A stretch of DNA of 63,455 nt, counting the filler. It is 4 parts of 4 records of this genome, joined end to end, with 100 filler letters (N's around TTAATTAATTAA, not from the genome) between each part and the next. Parts side by side here need not be neighbours in the genome. Positions count along the whole stretch, not along the records: positions 1 to 31,125 come from SRR31156797_25085; 3 more parts are not named here. The stretch is one strand, 5' to 3'. The notes beneath the pieces are model-generated. The model ran no database searches. It was not told where the DNA came from and saw nothing but the letters and a program-made list of their open reading frames with translations. Shown here one piece after another: positions 1-9,258 of the stretch (its first letter is position 1; every line of letters starts with the position of its first letter). The position numbers were made by a program, and so were the translations under genes.

Positions 1-318
1 TGGCCCGGCAATGTCAGGGAGCTTCAAAACACCTTGCAGCGTTATATCATGCTGGGCCATCTTGATTTCATGGGGGCCCCCTCCCGGAAGCAAGACAAAA
101 TAAACCCCGTTTCCGAAGAGGAGACCGGAATGGATGGGCACGACCTCCGGCGGGCCGTGGAAAATTTCGAAAAAGGCCATATTGTCAAAGTGCTCAACCG
201 GAACCGATGGCAGCGGGGGAAGGTGGCATCCCTCCTGAAGATCGATCGGAAAACATTGTTCAAGAAAATGAAAAACCATGGCTTGATGGATCCGGGGAAG
301 GGGTCAATGAACCCCTAA
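1..318 (+). CDS. sigma-54-dependent Fis-family transcriptional activator, 3' part (truncated by window start)
   Basis: Frame from base 1 reads [10 protein letters not shown] (AAA+ C-terminal motif). It ends in a Fis-type HTH (RWQRGKVASLLKIDRKTLFKKM). Confidence 0.9.
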   Translation, partial: WPGNVRELQNTLQRYIMLGHLDFMGAPSRKQDKINPVSEEETGMDGHDLRRAVENFEKGHIVKVLNRNRWQRGKVASLLKIDRKTLFKKMKNHGLMDPGKGSMNP

Positions 319-494
319 AAGGGGTCTATGCGCCCCATGCCGTGTTTCCCTATTATTATTAAATGTTTATCGCTTATGCGGAGGGCTTGATGGGGCTTTA
401 AGGCCCCATTTGCAGCCCGTCTCTGATGACCAACATACCCTGAAAAGCCGGAATGTCCACAATCCCACAAGGTTACGCCCTTTTTCCACTGAAT

Positions 495-510
495 TGGCAT
501 TTTTTTTGCT
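495..510 (+). promoter_or_regulatory. sigma-54 (-24/-12) promoter for the ABC transporter operon
   Basis: TGGCAT-TTTTT-TTGCT has exact TGGCAC-N5-TTGCW spacing and lies between a sigma-54 activator gene and the operon. Confidence 0.75.
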
Positions 511-699
511 TTACCCCATATGGAGAACCGTTTGCAGGACTCATCGTGGGGATTTGTTTCCCCGAGAGTTTGCCGGCAATCTTTGGAATTCCGGCTTTGA
601 AATTCCGGGGATCGGGCGGGCCCGGGTGGTGCAACTGTTCAATATCAAGGCATAAGGGGGAAGGGATCTGGTCAAACATATTATAAAAGGAGGGTAAGA

Positions 700-1896
700 A
701 TGAAAAAGTTGGTTTCATTGAGTCTGGTTGGTGTGCTGATTTTCGCCTATGGCCTGTTTCCTTGTGGAAACGCTTTTGGGGAAGAGAAAACCTTTAAGAT
801 CGTTAATGTGTGGCCTTTTACGGGCGTCTTTGGTGTTTACGGCAAAGATATGAAACGGAGTATCGAGCTGGCCGTGGAGCATTACGGCGGGAAAGTTTTG
901 GGCAAACCCATCGAATTGATTTTTGAAGACAGCCAGTCCAATCCAAAGGCCGCGGTCCAGAAGACGGTCAAGGGCATCGCCAATGGCGCGCAATTCATTA
1001 CCGGCGCCTTCAGTTCTTCCTGCACCCTGGCCATGATGCCCATTTGCGAACAACGCAAGATTCCCCATCTCTCTTTTCTGTCCACCCACGATGACATCAC
1101 CGGCAAGAAAAAAACAAGATACACCTTCAGGACTTCAACGGCCCAGAGCGCCGAGAATAAGATGATTGCCAAGTATCTCAAGGGCGCCGGGGTCAAATCC
1201 GTCTATGCGGTGGGGGCCGATTATGGGGTCATACGGGTCAATGTGGAGAAAATCCTGGATGATCTGAAATCCTCCGGAATCAAGACGGAGCGGTCATACT
1301 CGCCCATGGGGACCAAGGATTTTTCGGTTATCATCGAAAAGATCGAAAAGAGCGGGGCGGACACCGTGCTCCTCATGACCCTGGGCAGAGATCTGGTGGC
1401 CCTGATCAAGCAGTTGGGGCAGAAAGGGCTCACCGACAAGGTTCTGCTGGCCAGTACCCTCGTGGTCCCCAGTCTTTGCAGCGCTTGCTTCCCTTACTCG
1501 GTGGGTATCGTGAATACGGCCCGTTACGATCCCGATCTTTTCAACGAAATGAACAAAAATTACACCCTCACATCCGTTGAAAAATACGGTCCGGACAATC
1601 TCATGTCCCCGGATTTCTACGACGGCATCATGTGGTTTTTGAGCGTGATTGATAAAACCGGTTCCTGGGATAAGGAAAAATGGATCGATGCCTTCAACGG
1701 GAGTGAATTCATGACGCCCAAAGGGAAGAAATATATGTGCCCTTCCGACCATCAGGCCCGTCAGGTGGGTTTTGTGGGTAAATTCTTTGACGGACAAGGG
1801 AAGAATAACGTATTCGGTGTCCCCTATCCCAAATGCGGTTTCAAGGTCATAAAGACCTATGAACCCGAGGAGCTTTATCCCCCTTGTAAGGACTGA
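700..1896 (+). CDS. ABC transporter substrate-binding protein, LivJ/LivK-like
   Basis: Signal peptide, P.TG..GVYG, GKVLGKPIELIFEDSQSNP, GAFSSS and RYTFR motifs. AAGGAGG RBS. Confidence 0.9.
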   Translation: MKKLVSLSLVGVLIFAYGLFPCGNAFGEEKTFKIVNVWPFTGVFGVYGKDMKRSIELAVEHYGGKVLGKPIELIFEDSQSNPKAAVQKTVKGIANGAQFITGAFSSSCTLAMMPICEQRKIPHLSFLSTHDDITGKKKTRYTFRTSTAQSAENKMIAKYLKGAGVKSVYAVGADYGVIRVNVEKILDDLKSSGIKTERSYSPMGTKDFSVIIEKIEKSGADTVLLMTLGRDLVALIKQLGQKGLTDKVLLASTLVVPSLCSACFPYSVGIVNTARYDPDLFNEMNKNYTLTSVEKYGPDNLMSPDFYDGIMWFLSVIDKTGSWDKEKWIDAFNGSEFMTPKGKKYMCPSDHQARQVGFVGKFFDGQGKNNVFGVPYPKCGFKVIKTYEPEELYPPCKD

Positions 1897-1920
1897 TCCC
1901 TTTACCCCTTTTGTACCGGA

Positions 1921-1941
1921 CCGCGCCTTTTAAAGGCGCGG
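1921..1941 (+). terminator. GC-rich hairpin after the binding-protein gene (attenuating or mRNA-stabilising)
   Basis: CCGCGCCT-TTTAA-AGGCGCGG, with no U-tract. Confidence 0.45.
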
Positions 1942-1956
1942 GGCCGGGGAGTTGCC

Positions 1957-2814
1957 ATGAGCCTCTTTATTATCGCCATCAGCATGAGCATGATTCTTTT
2001 CCTGCTGGCTTCGGGTTTGAGCCTGATATTCGGCATATTCGGAATGGTCAATTTCGCCCATGGCGTACTCTACATGTTCGGGGCCTTCATCGGTTACCAG
2101 GCTTTCCTATGGACCGATAGCTTCTGGTGGGCCCTGGTGCTGAGCCCGTTGGTGATGGGGGTTGTGGGTGCGGGGATCGAATTTTTCCTCCTTCGCCCGG
2201 TCTACAGACTTCACCACTTTTCCCAGCTTATGATTCAGATCGGGTTGATTTTTGTCCTGGTCGATTTTGTCAAAGTGATCTGGGGGGCCGACTACCTGAT
2301 GTTTGCGAAGCCGCCCCTGCTTTCGTCTCCGGTCCAGGTGCTCGGCCATGAGGTGGATCCCTATCGGCTGTTCATTATCTTTTTGAGTATCTTGATCGGG
2401 TTTGCAATTTTTTGGGCCCTGGAAAAAACAGACTACGGTATCGCCATTCGCGCCGCCAGCTCCAACGGGCCCATGGCCACATGTCTCGGCATCGATGTCT
2501 CCTTACTCAGGACCCTTGTTTTTGCCTTTGCTTCGGCCCTGGCGGCCGTGGCGGGGGTGGTGACATCGGCCATTTATCCCATTGATGCCTTGATGGGAGA
2601 AAGCATTCTCATCGATTGTTTTATCGTGGTGGTGATCGGCGGTCTTGGGAACGTTCAGGGCGCCGTCCTCGGGGCGGTGCTCATCGGCATGACCCGGGCC
2701 TATGGCCAGTACTATCTGCCGGAGTGGGTCAATGTGCTCACCTTCTCGGTTTTCGTGCTGACCCTGTTGCTTTTTCCGGAAGGGCTTTTCGGCCGTGTAA
2801 GGAGACGGGGATGA
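1957..2814 (+). CDS. branched-chain amino acid ABC permease, LivH-like
   Basis: GLSLIFG...VNFAHG and VVVIGGLGNVQGA motifs; hydrophobic. Confidence 0.9.
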   Translation: MSLFIIAISMSMILFLLASGLSLIFGIFGMVNFAHGVLYMFGAFIGYQAFLWTDSFWWALVLSPLVMGVVGAGIEFFLLRPVYRLHHFSQLMIQIGLIFVLVDFVKVIWGADYLMFAKPPLLSSPVQVLGHEVDPYRLFIIFLSILIGFAIFWALEKTDYGIAIRAASSNGPMATCLGIDVSLLRTLVFAFASALAAVAGVVTSAIYPIDALMGESILIDCFIVVVIGGLGNVQGAVLGAVLIGMTRAYGQYYLPEWVNVLTFSVFVLTLLLFPEGLFGRVRRRG

Positions 2815-3773
2815 TCAAGAAACACTTGGCAACGGCCCTTGGGGGTGTTTCCGTCCTATGCCTTTTGGCGGTCCCCTTCCTGGGTGTGAGCGAGCCGGTT
2901 GTCTATTATCTGTCGGTGGTGATGATCTATTCCATTTTCGCCCTGGGATTTGATCTGGTATTCGGCGTTGCCGGGCTCCTTTCACTGGGCCATTCGGCCT
3001 TTTTTGGGCTGGGCGCCTATACCATGACCCTCTTGAGCATCCATTTCAATATCCCTTTCGGCTTGGGGGTGGTGGCGGGAGGTCTCGTCTCGGCCTTGCT
3101 GGCCATGCTCTTCGGTCTTATTGCCGTGCGTCTTTCAGCCCTGTTTTTTGCCATGACCACCCTGGCCCTGGCGGAACTGCTCCACATCTTTTTTACCTAC
3201 AAGTGGCGGAATATTACCGGGGGGCCGGACGGTTTGAGTGGCGTACCCCGTCCCGATTTTTGGGGTATGGATTTTTATCAAAGCAACAATTTTTTCCTCT
3301 TCCTGGCCTTTCTTTTTCTGTTGGCCCTGGGCGTTTCGGCGGTTGTCCGGTCTTCCCCCTTCGGACAGGTGCTTCGGGGGATGGAACAGAATGAGGTTCG
3401 TGCGGCCCAGATCGGCTTCAATCTCAAGAGATTCAAGCTGGGTGTGTTTATTTTATCCGGCTTTTACAGCGGGGTGGCGGGGTGCCTTCTGGCTTCGCTG
3501 ATGTTCTTCACCGACTCATCGAACCTGAGTTTTGAAATGTCTGTTTCGGTGGTCATCATGACGCTTTTAGGGGGTGCCGGCACCTTGCTGGGGCCGGTGT
3601 TCGGGGTGGTGTTGTTCGAATTTCTAAGGGACGTTCTCAGCTCATATACGGAATACTGGGCGGGGATTATCGGCATTGTTTTCATTGTATATACCATATT
3701 TCTGCCAAAGGGGATGGCGGGGTTGGCCAGAGCGGGCATGGAACGTATCACGTCCGGCCGAAAAGGGGAGTAG
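2811..3773 (+). CDS. branched-chain amino acid ABC permease, LivM-like
   Basis: GLLSLGHSAFFGLGAY, TGGPDGL and LGGAGTLLGP motifs. Start placed at the ATGA overlap with the previous stop. Confidence 0.9.
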   Translation: MIKKHLATALGGVSVLCLLAVPFLGVSEPVVYYLSVVMIYSIFALGFDLVFGVAGLLSLGHSAFFGLGAYTMTLLSIHFNIPFGLGVVAGGLVSALLAMLFGLIAVRLSALFFAMTTLALAELLHIFFTYKWRNITGGPDGLSGVPRPDFWGMDFYQSNNFFLFLAFLFLLALGVSAVVRSSPFGQVLRGMEQNEVRAAQIGFNLKRFKLGVFILSGFYSGVAGCLLASLMFFTDSSNLSFEMSVSVVIMTLLGGAGTLLGPVFGVVLFEFLRDVLSSYTEYWAGIIGIVFIVYTIFLPKGMAGLARAGMERITSGRKGE

Positions 3774-3775
3774 GA

Positions 3776-4546
3776 ATGGGTCAAGCGGTTCTGAAGTGTG
3801 AAGATGTGACGGTCGCTTTCGGTTCCTTTATCGCCGTCAACCGGGTCAATCTGACCATTGAGGAAGGCCGACTGTACAGTGTTATCGGACCCAACGGCGC
3901 CGGTAAAACAACACTGATCAACGCTCTGAGCGGTTTGCAGAAGGTGAAGACGGGACGGATTTTTCTAAAGGGAGAGGAAATCACCCACCTGGATGCCCAT
4001 GTCAGGGCCCAGAAGGGGATGGGACGGAGTTTTCAGATTGTCAATATTTTTCCTGAAATGAGCGTGTTTGAGAATTTGAGATTGGCGGGCCAGGCTGCCC
4101 GGTTCGGCCTCCAGCCCTTCTGGCGGCCGGTTGCCGATTATGGAGATTTGAATGAGGCGGCCGAGGATATGCTCGAATTTATCAGCCTTCCCGGACACCG
4201 TGATGTCACCGCTTCCCTTTTGTCCCACGGTGATCAGCGGCGGCTTGAGATCGGCATCTCGCTGATGACCGATCCCACGGTTGTCCTGTTTGATGAACCC
4301 CTGGCGGGAATCGGCCATCACGAAATGGGGCCCACCGTGGAACTTATCGGAAAGGCGGCCAGGGACAGAACGGTGCTTCTCATTGAACATAATATGGATG
4401 TGGTCATGTCTATTTCAGACCGGATTGTGGTCCTGGTAAACGGAACGGTCCTCTGTTGCGATTCCCCTGCCAAGGTCAGGGGCGATCAGAGGGTAAGGGA
4501 TGTCTATCTGGGGGAGGACGAGGAAGATGATGCTTTCCCTCGATGA
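3776..4546 (+). CDS. ABC ATP-binding protein, LivG-like
   Basis: Walker A GPNGAGKTT, LSHGDQRRLEI, Walker B LFDEP, EHNM. Confidence 0.92.
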   Translation: MGQAVLKCEDVTVAFGSFIAVNRVNLTIEEGRLYSVIGPNGAGKTTLINALSGLQKVKTGRIFLKGEEITHLDAHVRAQKGMGRSFQIVNIFPEMSVFENLRLAGQAARFGLQPFWRPVADYGDLNEAAEDMLEFISLPGHRDVTASLLSHGDQRRLEIGISLMTDPTVVLFDEPLAGIGHHEMGPTVELIGKAARDRTVLLIEHNMDVVMSISDRIVVLVNGTVLCCDSPAKVRGDQRVRDVYLGEDEEDDAFPR

Positions 4547-5225
4547 TGTGGATGTCTATTACGGCAAGGCCCAGGCCTTGCACCAGGTGTCCGTCGGTAT
4601 AGACCGGGAGGAGATTGTTTCCCTCATCGGACGCAACGGCGCGGGGAAGAGCACCACACTCAAGGTCATGATGGGCCTTTTGCCCATCGAAAGGGGCGGG
4701 AGAAAGCTCCTTGGCAGGGATGTCACTTCAGAAAAGGCTTATGCCCTGAGCCGCTTGGGTATTGCCTATGTCCCCGAAACACGAGAGATTTTTCCCAATC
4801 TCACGGTCATGGACAATCTGCGTGCCGCCCGGGTGGTCCATGAATCCGGCCACTGGACCTTTGATCGTGTATTCGATCTGTTCCCTTCCCTGAGGGCGCG
4901 TGTGCGGTCATACGGTGACACCCTTTCCGGCGGCGAACAGCAGATGTTGGCCATCGCCCGGGGGCTTTTGACAAATCCCAAGGTAATCCTTCTGGATGAG
5001 CCCACCGAAGGGCTGGCCCCCATGCTGGTCAGTGTTGTCAAGGAAGCCATCGTTACCATAAACAGGGAGGGCGTTCCCGTATTTGTGGTGGAGCAAAATT
5101 TCAAGATTCCCCTGAGCATTGCACATCGTCAATATGTGATCGAAAACGGGGTCATTGTCTGGCAGGGCACCAGCCGGGAGCTGTTGAATCAGAGGAAATC
5201 CGTGGAAAAATATATCAGCCTTTAA
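4527..5225 (+). CDS. ABC ATP-binding protein, LivF-like
   Basis: GRNGAGKST, LSGGEQQML, LLDEPTEGLAP, VEQN. Confidence 0.92.
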   Translation: MMLSLDDVDVYYGKAQALHQVSVGIDREEIVSLIGRNGAGKSTTLKVMMGLLPIERGGRKLLGRDVTSEKAYALSRLGIAYVPETREIFPNLTVMDNLRAARVVHESGHWTFDRVFDLFPSLRARVRSYGDTLSGGEQQMLAIARGLLTNPKVILLDEPTEGLAPMLVSVVKEAIVTINREGVPVFVVEQNFKIPLSIAHRQYVIENGVIVWQGTSRELLNQRKSVEKYISL

Positions 5226-5355
5226 ACCTTGCCTTTCTCCGGCCCTGCCCGCCTGAAAGGGAATGGGGGGCGAAGAAGGGCCTTTGACCGTGGGCCCAGG
5301 CGATGCCCGGTGCCGTTTACCCTGAAGATATTTTATTGAACGAGAGGTTTTGACC

Positions 5356-6156
5356 ATGCCTAAAACCCGAATCAACGGTATTGACATTTACCATGAAATC
5401 CACGGCCGGGGGTATCCCCTGATTCTCATTCGGGGGCTTGGAAGCAATGCAAGTCACTGGTATGAGCAGGTTCCCCCATTCTCGGAAAAATACGGCGTAG
5501 TGATTTTCGATAACCGGGGTGTCGGCCGTTCGAGCGGTCCCGCCGCGCCCTATACCGTTTCAATGATGGCATCCGACGTCATCGGTCTCATGGATGCCCT
5601 GAAAATAGAGAGAGGGCATGTTTTGGGTCTTTCCATGGGAGGAATGATCGCCCAGGAAATGGCCATTGTTTATCCCGACAGGGTGCGGGGCCTTATTCTC
5701 GTGAGCACCCATTGCGGCGGCGCTCACCAGATTAAACCGCGGCAAGAAATCGAGCGGGTATTTACGGAGATGGTCGTCTCTGATTCGGATAGTGCCAAAC
5801 GGCGTGCCGCCATGACCCTTTTTGCCAAAAAGACCCTGGAGGTGCATCCTGAAACGGTTCAGCGCTACGGGGAGATATCCCTGAAATACCCGACGCCTCC
5901 CGAGGTGCTGATACGGCAGTGGGAAGCGGTGGGCCGATATGAGCGCTGGAAGGATCTTTTGAAGATTCAATCTCCCACCCTGGTATTAACAGGGGATGAA
6001 GATGTTTTGATTCCCCCGGAAAATGCAAGAATCATTTCAGAGAGAATTCCCAAGGCCAGACTGGAAGTCATTGAAGGGGGGGGGCATCAGGTTCTTGTGG
6101 AAAAGGCAGAGGCTTCCAATAAGGCCGTTCTCAAATTTCTGGATGCTCTTGGGTAG
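5356..6156 (+). CDS. alpha/beta fold hydrolase
   Basis: Nucleophile elbow GLSMGG, DNRGVGRS, acid GDED, catalytic His GGH. Confidence 0.9.
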   Translation: MPKTRINGIDIYHEIHGRGYPLILIRGLGSNASHWYEQVPPFSEKYGVVIFDNRGVGRSSGPAAPYTVSMMASDVIGLMDALKIERGHVLGLSMGGMIAQEMAIVYPDRVRGLILVSTHCGGAHQIKPRQEIERVFTEMVVSDSDSAKRRAAMTLFAKKTLEVHPETVQRYGEISLKYPTPPEVLIRQWEAVGRYERWKDLLKIQSPTLVLTGDEDVLIPPENARIISERIPKARLEVIEGGGHQVLVEKAEASNKAVLKFLDALG

Positions 6157-6180
6157 GGTGTCATCCAAGTGAGTTGATAT

Positions 6181-6816
6181 ATGCCAACGGCCCGGTCAGC
6201 CATGGGCAAAAGGGCCGAAGCACTCCGTTTTGCCGAAAATTCCAGGGGGCTGAATGAACCGGATGTTTTGATCAGCAAGGCCTGCGAGGAACTCCTGCTG
6301 GCAAGCGGCATGGCGGAGGAAGCCTACAGCCGCTATGCCATGGAGGCCAATCAAAAATCCACTTATCTTGCGACCTTTCGCGCCATTGTCAAAAAATTTC
6401 CGCACAAAAAACCCGTGGATATTTTGAAAGATCTTGCCAGGGGCACCCCGGGCAGCGAGGGGAAGTGGTTTGCCGCGGCCAAATCGGAGAAGTTGTATAA
6501 TGAAGCGATTGAACTGGTCAATCGCGCCCCATGTGATCCCAAGACCCTCACCCGAGCTGCCCGGGACCTGGCTGAAACCGAACCGCGATTTGCCATTGAG
6601 GCCGGTGTGGCGGCACTGCGGTGGCTGGTTGAGGGTTATGGTTACGAGATCACCGGCTTGGACGTCCGGGCCGCCTATGATTACACCATGAAGGCTGCCG
6701 AGAATGCGGGATCCAAATCTGAAACCTTCGAACGTATCCGCGAAATGGTTGCCGGAGAGAGCTTTGGTGAATCTTTCGTTACCAGAATTCTAGGACGTGA
6801 GCTTGGGTTGAGATAG
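6181..6816 (+). pseudogene. conserved hypothetical helical protein, probably 5'-truncated fragment
   Basis: Coding-like ORF (TYLATFRAI, GKWFAAAK, PCDPKTLTRAARD) with no RBS. It appears to start mid-domain. Confidence 0.45.
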
Positions 6817-7056
6817 CCCCCTTCCTTTGAGTAAATCTCTCATGCCGATCCACCGCAGCTTATTTGCAAACTTTCCTGGCCGCAAAAGACACAAAAAAAC
6901 CATCGGAATGTGCTATGGAGTCGCCCGGAAGACTGTTCAATCATTGCCGGATGACCACATTCCGCAGGGTAAGGGTCCCCTTTGAGATTGACAAGCGCAT
7001 CGTAATCGTAGTATCTGCGAAATAAGAGTTGTCATGGGCGTCTTTTTGTTAAACCC

Positions 7057-7719
7057 ATGGTAAAGAAAAGGCAAACTGTGGAAAGCAAAAAACGCAAAAC
7101 AGCCAGGGCCAAAGAGATTTTTGATATTCTGGATCCGCTTTATACCCGGGAAAAAACCGCCCTCAAATACCGGACTCCTTTTCAATTGCTCATTAGTACC
7201 ATCCTTTCGGCCCAATGTACCGACAAGCAGGTGAATACGGTTACCAAGGTTCTGTTCCGGAAATACCGGTCGCCGGAGGATTTTTTGTCCGTTCCCATCA
7301 ACGAGCTGGAAATGGATATCCGGCCCACCGGGTTTTTCAGGAACAAAGCCAAATCCATCAAGGGATGCTGCCGGGGATTGGTGGGACGATACGGTGGGGA
7401 AGTGCCCGCCACCATGACCGAACTCATCAAATTGCCGGGTGTGGGGAGAAAAACGGCCAACTGCGTGCTGGGTGCCGCTTTTGGTGTGCCGGGGGTCGTG
7501 GTGGATACCCATGTGAAAAGGCTTGCCATGCGACTGGATTTCACGGAAAACAATAACCCCGATAAAATTGAAAAGGATCTGGAAAAGCTTCTGCCCGAAG
7601 AACGATGGCGCCGGTTTTCCGACATCCTGATTTACCACGGGCGCGCCGTGTGCAAGGCCAGAAAACCGGACCATGAAGGGTGCGCCGTGTTGGGTCATTG
7701 CCCGTCCAGTGCCATTTGA
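7057..7719 (+). CDS. nth: endonuclease III
   Basis: LSAQCTD, HhH LPGVGRKTAN, VDTH. C-terminal FeS motif in a C/H variant (CKARKPDHEGC...CPS). Confidence 0.95.
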   Translation: MVKKRQTVESKKRKTARAKEIFDILDPLYTREKTALKYRTPFQLLISTILSAQCTDKQVNTVTKVLFRKYRSPEDFLSVPINELEMDIRPTGFFRNKAKSIKGCCRGLVGRYGGEVPATMTELIKLPGVGRKTANCVLGAAFGVPGVVVDTHVKRLAMRLDFTENNNPDKIEKDLEKLLPEERWRRFSDILIYHGRAVCKARKPDHEGCAVLGHCPSSAI

Positions 7720-7790
7720 TGAAAAACGGCAATACGGAGATCCCGTGGGCAGCAGTACTTCTAAAAAAAATGAATAGAAAGGTTGAATTC

Positions 7791-8153
7791 ATGATGAAAA
7801 GGATTTTTATTTGTGCCTGCCTGGGTCTGTTTTTGCTTGCCGGTTGCGCGGAGACCCAATACCGGGAATCCAAGATCCGGGTTCAACATCGCGACTGGGA
7901 TGACCAAGTGATTAATAAGGTGGCCAAACGGCAGGTGGAACCCGATATGACAGGCGATATGGTGCGAGCGGCCATCGGCCTGCCGGATAAGATTTCCCGC
8001 CAGGGGGACCTGGAAAAATGGGGATACGCCGTCATGGAAGGTGATTATGAACCCAGAGAAAAATACGTGTACTTCGTGTTTTTTAAAAATGGCCGGGTGG
8101 TACGGACCGGGGGGGACATCAAAAAGCTGAAAACCCTCTCCTGGTACAAGTGA
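7791..8153 (+). CDS. lipoprotein, SmpA/BamE-like small domain
   Basis: Lipobox LAGC; MT...V...IGLPD, W.Y and F.NG.V pattern. Confidence 0.65.
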   Translation: MMKRIFICACLGLFLLAGCAETQYRESKIRVQHRDWDDQVINKVAKRQVEPDMTGDMVRAAIGLPDKISRQGDLEKWGYAVMEGDYEPREKYVYFVFFKNGRVVRTGGDIKKLKTLSWYK

Positions 8154-8239
8154 TAAGGGGGGTTGGCGAAAAAACCTTGAAAGGGTTTTTGCCGGCTTCA
8201 AGGGGAAGTATGTAACCATTTCAAGAGGGAGGTATTGTC

Positions 8240-9181
8240 ATGAAAATGAAATTTTTTGTCATTCTATTATCCACCTTGATGTTGATGGGTGCAGGATTTG
8301 TCCTGGCAGATGAAACCATCAATGAAGACGTTTCGGTGTCATCGGGAAAACCCCTCTCATTTCCCCAGCAGGAGCGGATTGCCAATCTGGCGGTCAAGGC
8401 CTTGAAACACATTGCCAAGGCGCGAGGCTTTATTCACGAAGGTAATGTTGCCGACGCAGGAAGGGAACTGGCCAAAAGCCGGAAGCTCATGGAAATTATT
8501 CGGGCATCTCTCCCCACCACCCGCATTAAAGATCATATATGGGTGGCGAAAAAACATCTCTCCTACGAAGATTCGGAAGAAGTTATTCCCGATCTGGTTC
8601 CCATCTACGTCTCTCTGGATGAAATCCAGAGTTTTGTGAGCGTGGACAAGACCCGGGAACACCTGGATGAGGCGAAAAAGGCGCTGAAAGAGGACGATAA
8701 AAAGAAGGGTGCAGAGTCCCTGGAACTGGCCGGCGAGTCCCTGGTCTATGTGGAAATCGATCTCCCCTTGCGTTACACGGAGCGAAAGGTGGCTAAAGCC
8801 CTGCATCTTCTGGCGGAAGGAAAGGGCAAAGAGGCCGATCAGGAGTTGAAAGAGGCTGAAGACGGGGTTCAGGTGATTTCCATTTCTTCCTACGGTCCCA
8901 TGGTGCTGGTCCAGGAAAGCCTCTGGCAGGCCACCAAGGATTATGCAAAGGGTCGATATGAGGCCGCCAAAAGATCCCTTGCGGATGCAAAGGTGTTTTT
9001 GAAAATGGCGGCCAGGCAGGCGGACGAGAAAACCAAGAAAGCCCTCGCCAAATTGAACCGGAAAATCGACGAACTGGAAAAGAAGATGGCGGAAAGCGGC
9101 AGCGATTTCAGCAAAGAGATTAAGGGCCTGTGGAAAAAAACCAAAGATGTCTACCACGAGACCGTTGAAAAATTCAAATAG
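8240..9181 (+). CDS. YfdX-family periplasmic helical protein
   Basis: Signal peptide, helical A/K/E-rich sequence, E.DLPL motif. GGGAGG RBS. Confidence 0.65.
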   Translation: MKMKFFVILLSTLMLMGAGFVLADETINEDVSVSSGKPLSFPQQERIANLAVKALKHIAKARGFIHEGNVADAGRELAKSRKLMEIIRASLPTTRIKDHIWVAKKHLSYEDSEEVIPDLVPIYVSLDEIQSFVSVDKTREHLDEAKKALKEDDKKKGAESLELAGESLVYVEIDLPLRYTERKVAKALHLLAEGKGKEADQELKEAEDGVQVISISSYGPMVLVQESLWQATKDYAKGRYEAAKRSLADAKVFLKMAARQADEKTKKALAKLNRKIDELEKKMAESGSDFSKEIKGLWKKTKDVYHETVEKFK

Positions 9182-9197
9182 TTCATGAACGGTTAAT

Positions 9198-9238
9198 GGG
9201 GGCAAGCGGTTCGTTCGGGACCCCTTGCCCTTTTTTTG
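9198..9238 (+). terminator. intrinsic terminator
   Basis: GGGCAAG...CTTGCCC stem followed by a T7 run. Confidence 0.7.
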
Positions 9239-9258
9239 TTTCACCCCGGGGTTTATTG

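Noticed and set aside
6157..6878. Weak inverted similarity between the two flanks of the orphan ORF as transposon ends
   Set aside because: Only about half of the positions match and there is no target duplication.
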